A stretch of DNA of 64,000 nucleotides from Escherichia coli (GTDB lineage: Bacteria > Pseudomonadota > Gammaproteobacteria > Enterobacterales > Enterobacteriaceae): the NCBI RefSeq assembly GCF_024700885.2, contig NZ_CP117016.1. One strand, given 5' to 3'. This document shows positions 31,069 through 40,865 of this stretch, piece after piece (the stretch's first letter is position 1; each line of letters opens with the position of its first letter). The notes under the pieces were generated by a model. It saw only the letters and a list, made by a program, of their open reading frames with translations, ran no database searches and was not told where the DNA came from. The position numbers and the translations under genes are program-made.

Positions 31069-32403
31069 GTCCGCAGCACCGCAAAAAGTTCCAGTTTCAC
31101 ATCTCCCAGCGATGCCGGGGTGTAGAAAGTACAACGCCCCGCGTCCAGCATCGCCCGGGCCGCATCCGTACTTAAATCCAGCGCGAAATACTGGTTTTCC
31201 AGCCGGAGCGGAATGGCCGCCGGTACATGCGTAACCGGACGGATAATGACCCCGCTCAGCGCCACATTCACCACCTCAGACACATCATCGGGGCTCCCGG
31301 CTTTGCATAGCTGCGGAAACTTCGTCTGCAGTTCATGCCCGGGCATGGAAGAGCGCACTGAAAGCCAGAAATCAGCCCCTTCGCGCAGACGCGCATCATG
31401 TAATGCCCCCTCCCACATCACACCCTTTTGTTTCAGTTCAATGAAAACCACACGGGAAGGCAGGCTTGCCTCCAGCAGCCGGTTCAGCAAAGAAAGCAAT
31501 GGTGGGAAAACATTTTCAGGTGTTTCATGATGGTATGCCGGAACCGCATCCACATTATGCTCAAGCGAGAATGTGAGCAGGGAGCCTGCCAGCCGGGCAA
31601 GCTCCCTGTACAACAGTTCCGGGTGGCGGTAAGGCATGTCAAGCAACTCTTTCAGAACAGGCTCCGCACTGTTCAGGGCATTCAGCAACCAGAACAACGA
31701 CACGTCCGCCACAGCAAAATCCGCAAGACGGGCATTGTTCTCCCGACGCATGGACATCAGTCGCTGGCGACGCGCCTGCAGGTGATGAAGCAACTCCGCA
31801 AGTTCAGTCATCAGCGAAGGACTGGCAGACAGCGTCAGCAGAGGGGGAATAAAACGCGGGTCCCTGCACCACTGTCCCTGTGCATCACGAACAAGACGGG
31901 TAACGGGACAGGTCAGCCAGGCAGCATTTTCCTGATGAGCCATGCGCAGAGTCAGGTTATGCCGCAATACCGCCACTTCGCTTTGCTCATGCCCGGCCAG
32001 CTCCTGCACATTCACCCTTTCTGATTTCCAGCGACGCGGACGCTCGCTCTCACTGCCATTATCAATGGTTGCCACCGTTAGCATTCAGTAACGGTAGTGC
32101 CAGCACAATATCCACCAGGGAACGATCAGAAACCGTCGATAAATCACAGACCGGAGGCAGATTATCCGCGCGTTCCGTATCAATAAGCGTTCCGTCCGGG
32201 AAACGAACAATCAGACGGGTGGCATTCAACCGTGAAAGCGGTAACAGAGAGTCATCAAACTCTGCAGCCACCACGCCCCATGGATGCGCCAGCCCCATTC
32301 TGGCAACGCTGTCTGCCAGATGAACATCCCAGGCAGCCTGCTGCTGAAACTGCTGGGGCATCAGAAAAGCCCCGTCTTCCCATAGTGGGCGATAAATCTT
32401 CAT
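31065..32403 (-). pseudogene. tssK: T6SS baseplate subunit TssK, reading frame broken near 32062-32084 (frameshift)
   Basis: N-terminal 113-aa ORF (MKIYRPLWEDGAFLMPQQFQQQ..., ends 32062) and C-terminal 339-aa ORF (from 32084) are in different frames and overlap by 23 nt; together they equal a normal TssK length. Confidence 0.6.
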
Positions 32404-32418
32404 TTCCCGACACCTGCC

Positions 32419-33963
32419 TTACGCTTTTGCCTTCGGCATCTGCGAAACCAGTGACAGGCTGACGTCCATACCTTCTACCTGGAAATGCGGTACGGCGTAG
32501 AGTTTCACGCGGAAGAATCCCGGATTGTCTTCGATATCTTCCACCACCACTTTTCCGTCACGCAGCGGATGCGAGGCCTGCAGTTCATCACCCGGATCGG
32601 TCATCTCCGTCACCAGTCCCCGGATCCAGTTATTCAGCTCCAGCTCAAGCAGACGGCGATCTTTGGTGGTACCGATATTTTCCCGCTGAATGATCTTCAG
32701 GTAATGCGCAATACGGGACAGCAGGAAGATATAGGGAAGACGGGCATTAATACGACTGTTCGCCGTTGCATCCGGCGTATCGTACAGCGCCGGTTTCTGG
32801 GCGGAGTTAGCAGAGAAGAAGCAGGCATAATCCCGGTTCTTGTAGTAAGAGAGCGGAATAAAGCCCAGATTCGCGAATTCAAACTCCCGCGTTTCCGGGA
32901 TCATCACCTCTGACGGAATTTTGACCTGATTACCGGTTCCCAGATCATACAAATGGATTGGCAAATCCTGCACCGCACCACCGGCCTGAGGCCCACGGAT
33001 CTGAACACACCAGCCGTTGGTGACAAAACTGCGCACCATGTTGGCTGCAAAGGCAAAAGACGCGTTCGTCCAGAGATATTTATGGTGGTCCGGTCCTTTC
33101 ACCTCTTCAACATAGTTAAAGCTGCGGACAGGTACGGTATCCGGGCCATACGGCAGGCGTCCCAGTACACGGGGCATCACCAGGCCAATATAGCGGGCAT
33201 CGTCCGTCTCACGGAAAGCATTCCACTTGATGTACTCGGCACGCTCAAAGTGGTTGCCAATATCCTTGATGGCAGCCACCTCTTCCATGGTTTCTTTCTG
33301 GAAGAACGCCGGGCCAACTGAACCAATAAACGGCATATGTGCAGATGCCGCCACCCGGGAAATATTTTTCAGCAACGCCACGTCCTGTGCAGATGCATCA
33401 AACTCCCAGGCTGAAACCAGGGCGGCAATGGGCTCACCACCCGGCGTGTCATACTCAGCCACATAGGTCTGCAGATAAAGGCCGCTCTGAATAATTTCCG
33501 GCGCATCCTCAAAATCCTGACGCAGATCGTCTTTGGACAGATCCAGCAGCTCAATTTTCACATTACGGCGGAAGTCCGTTTTATCCACCAGGGACTTCAC
33601 GCCCCGCCACAGCGACTCCACTTTCTGAAATTCCGGATGATGAAGCACAGCATCCAGTTGACGGCTGATCTGATAATCAAGCTCTGCAATATGATGGTCA
33701 ATCAGCGCTTTATCGAGTTTTTCCACCTGCGTGCCGGCTTTTGCCAGACACTCCATAAACACCTGCATCCCTGCCGTCAGACGTTCATCTGCAGATGCTT
33801 CTGACATGGCCTGTGGATCCTGCCAGATATCCAGTGCACTCAGGGCAGATACCGGACTCAGGTTAATTTTTTCAAACAGGGAAGCATATACGCTGTCGCC
33901 GGCATGCGCTTCAGATACCACGCTCTCTGCAACGTTCTTTTCTTTCTGTACAGACATCAGCAT
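32419..33963 (-). CDS. tssC: T6SS sheath large subunit TssC (VipB)
   Basis: 514-aa ORF with typical TssC size and position after tssB. Confidence 0.85.
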   Translation of the reverse strand: MLMSVQKEKNVAESVVSEAHAGDSVYASLFEKINLSPVSALSALDIWQDPQAMSEASADERLTAGMQVFMECLAKAGTQVEKLDKALIDHHIAELDYQISRQLDAVLHHPEFQKVESLWRGVKSLVDKTDFRRNVKIELLDLSKDDLRQDFEDAPEIIQSGLYLQTYVAEYDTPGGEPIAALVSAWEFDASAQDVALLKNISRVAASAHMPFIGSVGPAFFQKETMEEVAAIKDIGNHFERAEYIKWNAFRETDDARYIGLVMPRVLGRLPYGPDTVPVRSFNYVEEVKGPDHHKYLWTNASFAFAANMVRSFVTNGWCVQIRGPQAGGAVQDLPIHLYDLGTGNQVKIPSEVMIPETREFEFANLGFIPLSYYKNRDYACFFSANSAQKPALYDTPDATANSRINARLPYIFLLSRIAHYLKIIQRENIGTTKDRRLLELELNNWIRGLVTEMTDPGDELQASHPLRDGKVVVEDIEDNPGFFRVKLYAVPHFQVEGMDVSLSLVSQMPKAKA

Positions 33964-33984
33964 TTTCTCTCGTAATCCGTTAAA

Positions 33985-34482
33985 TCACGCCTTTTCCGGC
34001 ACCAGTGCACGCAGTTCATCACGCAGCGTCTGACTCAGTGCCGGGTCACGCAGAATTTTTTCCAGCTCTTTACGGAAAGTCACGTTATCCAGCAGATTGG
34101 CTTTCAGGTCCCGCAGAAGGCTACGCATGGCCAGCATGGCTTTAAGACGGGGAATCTGTCGGGCGACCTGCTCTGGCGTGAAATCGTTCATATTGCGGAA
34201 AGTCAGGCTGATGCTCTCTTCAGAGCCATCACCGGCAAGCGTGTTCTCCACATTCAGATGTACAGACGGGGAGATATCTGCCAGAACATCATTAAAATTG
34301 TTTTTATTAATATCCGTTTTTACACGCTCTGACAGTGGACGCTCTTCCTGTCCGTTACTGAAATCACCGGCAACCAGAAGTTTGAGCGGAAGCTCCACTT
34401 TCTTCTGCCCACCACCCGTATGTAGGTCTAATTTCAGATTTACCCTTGCTTTCGGGATTTCATTCTGAAACGAACTGCTCAT
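33985..34482 (-). CDS. tssB: T6SS sheath small subunit TssB (VipA)
   Basis: From internal Met: MSSSFQNEIPKARVNLKLDLHTGGGQKKVELPLKLLVAGDF..., VipA-like; first gene of the minus-strand operon. Confidence 0.8.
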   Translation of the reverse strand: MSSSFQNEIPKARVNLKLDLHTGGGQKKVELPLKLLVAGDFSNGQEERPLSERVKTDINKNNFNDVLADISPSVHLNVENTLAGDGSEESISLTFRNMNDFTPEQVARQIPRLKAMLAMRSLLRDLKANLLDNVTFRKELEKILRDPALSQTLRDELRALVPEKA

Positions 34483-34506
34483 GGCTCTCTCCTGTGAAAC
34501 CTGCAT

Positions 34507-34988
34507 CTAAGGGGTTCCATCACCGCAGATGCCTCCCCTTGTGCACTGATTTAATTTTGATCATTATAGGACGAAGATCTGAAAAATCTCAATATGACAG
34601 ATACATCGATCGATATAACGCAAATAATCAGGACTTTATTCTATGGAATGTCGCAAAATAATGAATATTCAAAGCTTATAACCATTGTTAATGTAAAAAT
34701 ACAGAAAATTATTCCACAAAACACTTTTGATACAGCCAGTTAACATAAACACTGTATTTTCTTGATTTCAGTCATTGAAAATCACAATGAGTAAAGTTTC
34801 AGCAGCATTGACGTGATTTCTGGAAAGCGGGAAAGATATGGAGGAAGGGCCCAACAAAATGCAATGAAAGAAGGAGTGAGGGGATTTCTAGTAAAAACAG
34901 AAGATTAACAAAACACATCAGGAGGCAGAGACTCCTGATTCAGTGCTACCACATGAAAATTTAGTTAACTGTTACCGTTCTGAAATCT
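34507..34988 (-). promoter_or_regulatory. AT-rich control region upstream of tssB (T6SS promoter region), divergent from a small plus-strand ORF
   Basis: ~480 bp without ORFs, very AT-rich, directly upstream of the first T6SS gene; no specific promoter elements assigned. Confidence 0.4.
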
Positions 34989-35180
34989 ATGTCAGAAGAT
35001 ATTCCATTACCGAAAATCAATCAGCGATACAGAGACGATCATGGTGCGCTTGTCACCGTGACCAGTGTTGAGGAAACCCGGGTGGTGTTTATGCGGGACG
35101 GCTATCCGCATCCCTGCATGCGACCGATGTACAACTTCCTGGGAAAATTCAAACCCGAACCCCGGGAAGAAACAGAATAA
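34989..35180 (+). CDS. hypothetical small protein (63 aa)
   Basis: ORF track only; no recognisable motif; weak ribosome-binding site. Confidence 0.3.
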   Translation: MSEDIPLPKINQRYRDDHGALVTVTSVEETRVVFMRDGYPHPCMRPMYNFLGKFKPEPREETE

Positions 35181-35232
35181 AACGAAATCCCTGCCGGCAA
35201 TCACATTGCCTGATGGCAGCATAATCCACTTA

Positions 35233-35466
35233 TTAATTCTCATCCCCGGAGACAAGCCCTGAAAACCACTCCGGGTGTTCACTGTATGCTGTGTTCAGCG
35301 CATCCCAGGAAACGTTGATATAAAAGCTGTCCTGCAATTTCCGGGTAACCACCTCTGCCAGGCGGTTCCGGTTACCCACCAGTCCGGCATAACCTCTCTC
35401 TGCCAGCCACTCATTCAGTTCATGTTCCAGAGACAGATTGATAATATCGTAATCGGACCTTGCCAT
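35233..35466 (-). CDS. hypothetical small protein (~77 aa from internal Met MARSDYD)
   Basis: ORF track 35233..35541; likely start at internal ATG. Confidence 0.3.
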   Translation of the reverse strand: MARSDYDIINLSLEHELNEWLAERGYAGLVGNRNRLAEVVTRKLQDSFYINVSWDALNTAYSEHPEWFSGLVSGDEN

Positions 35467-35561
35467 TCCCGTTTCCTTAGCACATGTTTTCAGGCACGGG
35501 GATAAAGTATAAAGAATGTCGTACTGCTGCTGCCAGAGCAATATTCCCCCTGATGGTTGTA

Positions 35562-36221
35562 TCAGAGATGGTATGCCGGTACTTTGCGGGTTGTTCCTGT
35601 CAGGTTATCGTGCACCTCCACGGTCGTGGTCACCACCGGCATTCCGGCCTTTCTCAGCCTCAGAACATCAGCCGCAATACGCTGACTGCCAAACCAGAAC
35701 AGGCCGTCCAGTGCAGTCACCAGTAAACCCGCCTCCAGTGCATACTTCAGCCGTTCACGGGGCGCTTTCACTTCCCGGGCAACCTGCTGATATGGCAATG
35801 ATGTGTTTTCATTCCCAACCACGCGACGAATACGATGAGACAGATGATACCGGAATGTATCCGGCACACCAGAAAGGCTGGCCTTCAGGCTGTACACGCA
35901 GCCAAACCGTTTATCGTTAAACACCACATTTTTCTGGCTGATTCCCCATTCTTCACGCAGCGCAGCAATCAGTTGTGGTGTACGGGTAAGCAACAAGCGA
36001 AAAGGCAGTTCAAAACTGGTGACGTAATCCACATTCAGCAGTGCAATACGCAGCCGTTCTTCTGGCCCGGCCTCTGTCTGCCGGCACTCCTCCAGAACAT
36101 CCTGCCACTGCTGGCGAAGACGGGGCGATTCGTTCCGTTCTGTAAAACAGTATTTATCCGCCAGATAGTCAATTTGTGTACGCATACTGAAGAGCATTCC
36201 GTATAAAGATTCAGCTGACAA
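35562..36221 (-). CDS. hypothetical protein, 219 aa (prophage-like)
   Basis: ORF track; no motif recognised. Confidence 0.4.
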   Translation of the reverse strand: MSAESLYGMLFSMRTQIDYLADKYCFTERNESPRLRQQWQDVLEECRQTEAGPEERLRIALLNVDYVTSFELPFRLLLTRTPQLIAALREEWGISQKNVVFNDKRFGCVYSLKASLSGVPDTFRYHLSHRIRRVVGNENTSLPYQQVAREVKAPRERLKYALEAGLLVTALDGLFWFGSQRIAADVLRLRKAGMPVVTTTVEVHDNLTGTTRKVPAYHL

Positions 36222-36493
36222 AACTTTATCAGTCCATAAGAATCAACGGAAGCACCGATGGTTCACCTGGTCATCACCAAGTTTTGCCATAACCGGTAGC
36301 AATGATCATTCTGTGTAACTATTTGCCCGCAGATGATGATGTTTATCGATGTCTCCCCTGTCTGAATGTCGCATAAAGAGGATCATCAGCAGACACAGCC
36401 AGTGAGCCACCGTCCGCGGAACAAAGCGCCGGACCACATCCGGATCCGGCAGGGGCATGACTGGCATGATCAAGTAATTATGTCGCATCTCCC

Positions 36494-36967
36494 TCACTCC
36501 TGGTCCCGGAGCAAATCTGGCTGGTATCTGTAAACATACTTCGTACATGCCGCTCTGCAATAAATCCCCGTGCCACAGGCTTCACAGAACTTTTTCCCGG
36601 AAAAATGCTGCCCGCACATCACACAATGCCACTCCAGCACGACAGGTAATGGCGATAAAAACATCGCCATATCATCAATGTAAGGATGGGATTTTTCCGG
36701 ATTCAGCACCACGCAGGCCGCCTTCTGTTGCGCGCTCAGGGCATGTAAATCGTGCTCAAACCACGCCCCCTGAGCATCTGTCTGCAAAATCAACCGGCCA
36801 CGACAGGAAAGACAGAAACAATGCCGGATATTTCTGCTGAGCGCAGAATCGGCACTGATAATGTGCTCACCCGGCGTGATCCCAGCCCCGTTTTTATACC
36901 GTTCATTCTGCAACCACCTCCTCACTGAAGCGCCCTGTATGACAGTGTGTGCAGTACTGCTCCCCAT
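36494..36967 (-). CDS. Cys-rich zinc-ribbon-like protein, module copy 2 (start uncertain; may be fused to upstream ORF by frameshift)
   Basis: Contains CxxC...WFEH...WHCxxC...CxxC arrangement paralleling the upstream ORF; 5' end overlaps upstream ORF in another frame. Confidence 0.35.
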   Translation of the reverse strand: MGSSTAHTVIQGASVRRWLQNERYKNGAGITPGEHIISADSALSRNIRHCFCLSCRGRLILQTDAQGAWFEHDLHALSAQQKAACVVLNPEKSHPYIDDMAMFLSPLPVVLEWHCVMCGQHFSGKKFCEACGTGIYCRAACTKYVYRYQPDLLRDQE

Positions 36968-37292
36968 AATAATCGTGGTGACATTGTCTGCAGTGCCAGC
37001 TGGCTTTACGCACTACGGGTAAGGCGTTCGGTACGAATTGCCGTAAGCGTTTAATCAACAGTATTTCTCTGCGCTCCGGTCTGACATAAGGGCACTCATG
37101 ACCATGCTCAGTCAGCCCGTCGTCAGTGTGTTCAAACCAGGGACGTTCAGTGTCGTATTGCGGGTGGTATCTGAGAGCACTGCCACAGAGGTGGCAGGTG
37201 TAACGATCGTATGGCGCTGTCTGTGCGGTACGGGCGCCGGTCAGACGTCCGTTGCCATCAAGTGCGAGAAAGGATTTTGCGTACATCGTCAT
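36903..37292 (-). CDS. Cys-rich zinc-ribbon-like protein, module copy 1 (129 aa)
   Basis: TCHLCGSALRY...PWFEHTDD...WHCRQCHHDYYGEQYCTHC motif pairs. Confidence 0.4.
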   Translation of the reverse strand: MTMYAKSFLALDGNGRLTGARTAQTAPYDRYTCHLCGSALRYHPQYDTERPWFEHTDDGLTEHGHECPYVRPERREILLIKRLRQFVPNALPVVRKASWHCRQCHHDYYGEQYCTHCHTGRFSEEVVAE

Positions 37293-37453
37293 ATTCCTCA
37301 GCCGCCAGACGACACGCAGGCAACAGCCGTCCCGGTACGGGCAGCGTGGTCAGGGTGTGAATGGCGGTTTTCAGTTCAGTCTCAGAAGGGAAAATCAGTG
37401 TGGTCGCTGTGAACACGTCATCACACTAAGGTCAGATAAGTCGTCTGTCGGGC

Positions 37454-38098
37454 TCAGCCACGACTGCAGCCAAAGTTGCGCTCACCGGTGCCGTAAGCTT
37501 TGGTACTCTCCTTCGCCAGATAGTCAGCACGCTCCAGCACCTGCTGAAAGCCGGTGTCATCATCGCGTTCCAGCCACACCGCCGGCCTGACCGGAAAATG
37601 CGCCAGCGTGGTATGATCTCCGGTATCCACTCCCAGGGCACTGCACCACGCCTGTTTAATCATCCCGGCCAGTGATCCCGGAGCGCGGTAATCGCCGGCA
37701 CGACACCAGGTATCCCGGTTGACCAGCAGCATCAGGTGATAGTGTTTTTTACCTTTGCACTCCCCAAACTCCCGGGCCCAGACGTAATGCAGGGTTGTGG
37801 GATGCACGCGTTTGCCTTCACGGCGCTTACGCTTCTGATAAGCATCGATTCGGGCTTTCAGGGCATTGATGAAGCGGGATATCACTGCTGCGTCAGTTGC
37901 TGCCGGTACATCCGGGAGACGCAGGTCAATCCGCAATGCCGTCAGACGGGGATGAACATCCAGTGCGCGCAGCACCGTCTCACGGATACGTTGTTGCCAG
38001 AAGGGGTTGTATTTGTAGGTCATGGTTAAATCTCCGTATGGTTCATACGGAATAGCCACGTCGTAAAAAATGCGCAGAGTCCCTGAAGTGACCTCCAA
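37454..38098 (-). CDS. prophage protein, possibly inovirus Gp2 / YagK-YfjJ family
   Basis: ORF track; ...RLTALRIDLRLPD... segment resembles the YagK/YfjJ family from memory; start may be internal Met (MTYKYNPF). Confidence 0.35.
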   Translation of the reverse strand: MEVTSGTLRIFYDVAIPYEPYGDLTMTYKYNPFWQQRIRETVLRALDVHPRLTALRIDLRLPDVPAATDAAVISRFINALKARIDAYQKRKRREGKRVHPTTLHYVWAREFGECKGKKHYHLMLLVNRDTWCRAGDYRAPGSLAGMIKQAWCSALGVDTGDHTTLAHFPVRPAVWLERDDDTGFQQVLERADYLAKESTKAYGTGERNFGCSRG

Positions 38099-38218
38099 CC
38101 GGGCAATATCTCAGGCACTCTGTGATAACCCGATTGTCGTCTCCGGACTGACGGTTGAATTTTCAGCGTTGTTTTTTTAATGTAAAAAACCGGTTACGGG
38201 TAAGGCTGTGAGGAGGGA

Positions 38219-38422
38219 GTGATGGTGATACGCAAAAAGAAGTGCAGGGACTGTGGAAACGCGATTACTCATAATACTGTGTATTGCCCGTATTGTGGTT
38301 CTGTCGACCCCTTCGGCTATTACCGGAATACAGACCGTATCGTTACCATACTGCTGGCACTGATTATTGTGGTCCTGCTGACTACTGTCAGCGTCAGTGT
38401 GTATATACTGTGTAGCTGGTGA
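38219..38422 (+). CDS. small zinc-ribbon membrane protein (67 aa)
   Basis: Strong SD (GAGGAGGG) upstream; CRDCGN...YCPYCGS zinc ribbon followed by one TM helix (IVTILLALIIVVLLTTVSVSVYIL). Confidence 0.5.
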   Translation: MMVIRKKKCRDCGNAITHNTVYCPYCGSVDPFGYYRNTDRIVTILLALIIVVLLTTVSVSVYILCSW

Positions 38423-39648
38423 GATAACGGTTCATGTATCCCCTGAGCTGACAGTGTACCGGTTATATTAAGCGTAACCGACAGGTTCTCCTTCATACCA
38501 TATTAAATTTTTCCAGGTATTGCCGCTGCCTTATTTCGTCCCATACAGGAAAACTCGTCTGGGTTTCTGACAAATACGTGAAACTCACAGCCCCTCAATA
38601 TCAACCACACGCTGTAAGCCGGTAATACCTGAAAATCAGCCTATTACCGCCCACGCCTCCGGCACTATTCCCTTTTGATTTCGAATTCTTTGTTGTCGCT
38701 ATACCGTGTAACATCACCGATACCACACACCGGCACAGATAACACCGGACTTATCGTAGCGCTGCTTCAATATTCAGGTGACATATTTCCAGACGGAAGC
38801 CGGCACGCGATCGTAAAATTTGCGGTCAGTTCTGCCAGCCGGTTGTCAACGGCAGAGTTAAAGGCTTCCAGCTCCGCAAGGGTAAGTTTATAACGCGTGT
38901 GGGAATTCACTTTTCCCGCGTCTCCTGACGTATTACGGGCTGCCACTTACCTGGTGTCCCGCAATACAGCCTTAGTGTTCCGTTATCGGGGATCCGGACG
39001 CACCGCAACAACCGGGGAAGTATTTCTGGTTAGAGCTGTGTCAAGAGGGATTTCTCAGCCCCTCACTCACCGGCTCAGTTTCAGGGCAGGAGCATTAATA
39101 CGCTCAGTTCATGTCTTATACAGGAATGGGCATAGGGGGAGCTGGCGTGTCACTGCTGATTTTACGCATCAGCGTTCATGTATTTGCACTCTGATACAGA
39201 ATGCTTCACAGCGCTCTGTTACCGGAGAGATTTACTCTCTTAGGTTATTCTGGCAAATCCTTTACGTTACTCTCTGATAACTTCTTATATTTATAATACC
39301 AATCAGACAGCCTTATCCCACCAGTGATACCTGTCCCGGCCCACAAGGCACGGGCTGCCCCACCGTAACTGCCCCGTAAATAACTCTGCAATTATCAGAA
39401 CGCCAGTTTTCCCCTCTTCCTCACGAAAATCATCCCTTCTTTATCGCGCGCGCGTGCGGAAGCATCGTTTCGTAACAACCACCCGGCATACCGGTACGGC
39501 TCAGCCACCGTAACCTCCCCGTTTATCTCCTGGCGGTCACATTCCCGATTATTTTTTACGTTTCTCCCCGGTTGTTATGCCGGTGAAGGTGGTGCGTTGT
39601 TTTCATGACCACACCGGCTGGTTTAACAACATCCGGAGGAACATTCTC

Positions 39649-39855
39649 ATGATCACCCCAGTTTCACTGATGGATGACCAGATGGTCGACATGGCATTTA
39701 TCACTCAACTGACCGGCCTGACCGATAAGTGGTTTTACAAACTCATCAAGGATGGTGACTTTCCTGCGCCCATCAAAATGGGCCGCAGCTCCCGATGGCT
39801 GAAAAGCGAAGTGGAAGCCTGGCTGCAGGCGCGTATTGCACAGTCCCGTCCGTAA
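39649..39855 (+). CDS. alpA: AlpA-family prophage transcriptional regulator
   Basis: From internal Met: MITPVSLMDDQMVDMAFITQLTGLTDKWFYKLIKDGDFPAPIKMGRSSRWLKSEVEAWLQARI, AlpA-type HTH pattern. Confidence 0.65.
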   Translation: MITPVSLMDDQMVDMAFITQLTGLTDKWFYKLIKDGDFPAPIKMGRSSRWLKSEVEAWLQARIAQSRP

Positions 39856-39936
39856 TTCTTAACCGTTCATCTGCAACAGACGCAGTCTCCGGCCTGCCGG
39901 CGGCGTTCTGCTGCCTGTTATCCCCCGTGAGGAATA

Positions 39937-40544
39937 TGAAAATGAAACCACAGTATCAGACCCGTTACGAGCTGCTCCACGAAAGCTACCAGAAATGGCT
40001 GACCGGCTTCACCCGGCACGCCGTATCCTGGGGCGTGTGTCATCCGAATATCTACTACTTCCATAATCTGACGCCCGGGTGGGTGTCATTCAATGGTGAA
40101 AAACCGGAGATTGCCATCGTACCCCAGAGTCTGCACCGGCTGATTTATGGTCCGGACAAACGGACCACGCCGCCCCTGGATGATGATCTGATAGTGAATT
40201 TATGCACCAGTGAACATCTGCTGGTTCATCATCCGATGCTGGAAGGCATTCTCCTGTCTGAATGTGAACGTCTGAGGCAGCGTTCGCTGGCAAATAAACT
40301 GATCAGCCTCTTCCGTCAGTTTGGTGGCACGGAGTTGCGCCTCAAACTGGTCTGGCTTTGCTGGCTTGATTTAATGACCGGAAACTGCCTTGACGACTGG
40401 ACGGAGAATCTGAAACGGAAATCAGAAAAAGAGCTGGAGGAATGGATCATCAACCGTCAGAAGCAGAGCGCAGCACTGACGGATCTGATGGATCAGTACG
40501 TGCTCCTGGCATACCGCACAACGGTTGACGATAAGCGCACCTGA
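39937..40544 (+). CDS. hypothetical prophage protein (~202 aa)
   Basis: ORF track 39795..40544; likely start MKMKPQYQ preceded by GAGGAA. Confidence 0.4.
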
Positions 40545-40865
40545 TGCCAGTTGTTTCAGGGAAGCTGGTATCCGGGCAGGGTGCCAGGGCTGACTGAACG
40601 GCCTGTCTGTCTGCCGTTTCGCTCTCCGTGCGTTCTGTCACACGCTGCACCTGAACGCCGGACTGCGGGCACGCAGACAGGAAAGTCGCAGGCTGGAACT
40701 TCTGACCGGCGGGTATCAGTTATATGCCTGTTGATTCATCACCACCACGCAGCTCCTGAGCTTTAGTTCATCACCGATATTCATACATCTGAATATCGGT
40801 GATGAAATCCCCATAATAATCAATCATCTAAGTCTGAAGCATAATGGAGAAAAACTGCTCACCGG

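Noticed and set aside
34507-34988. Specific sigma-54 (-24/-12) or Fur-box promoter call upstream of tssB
   Set aside because: I could not identify a convincing GG-N10-GC or Fur consensus by eye; only the generic regulatory region is reported.
38641-38680. Weak similarity (TCCGGCAC..TATTC) to the tRNA-Phe-like att repeat at 61255
   Set aside because: Too short and gapped to call a second att copy without alignment tools.
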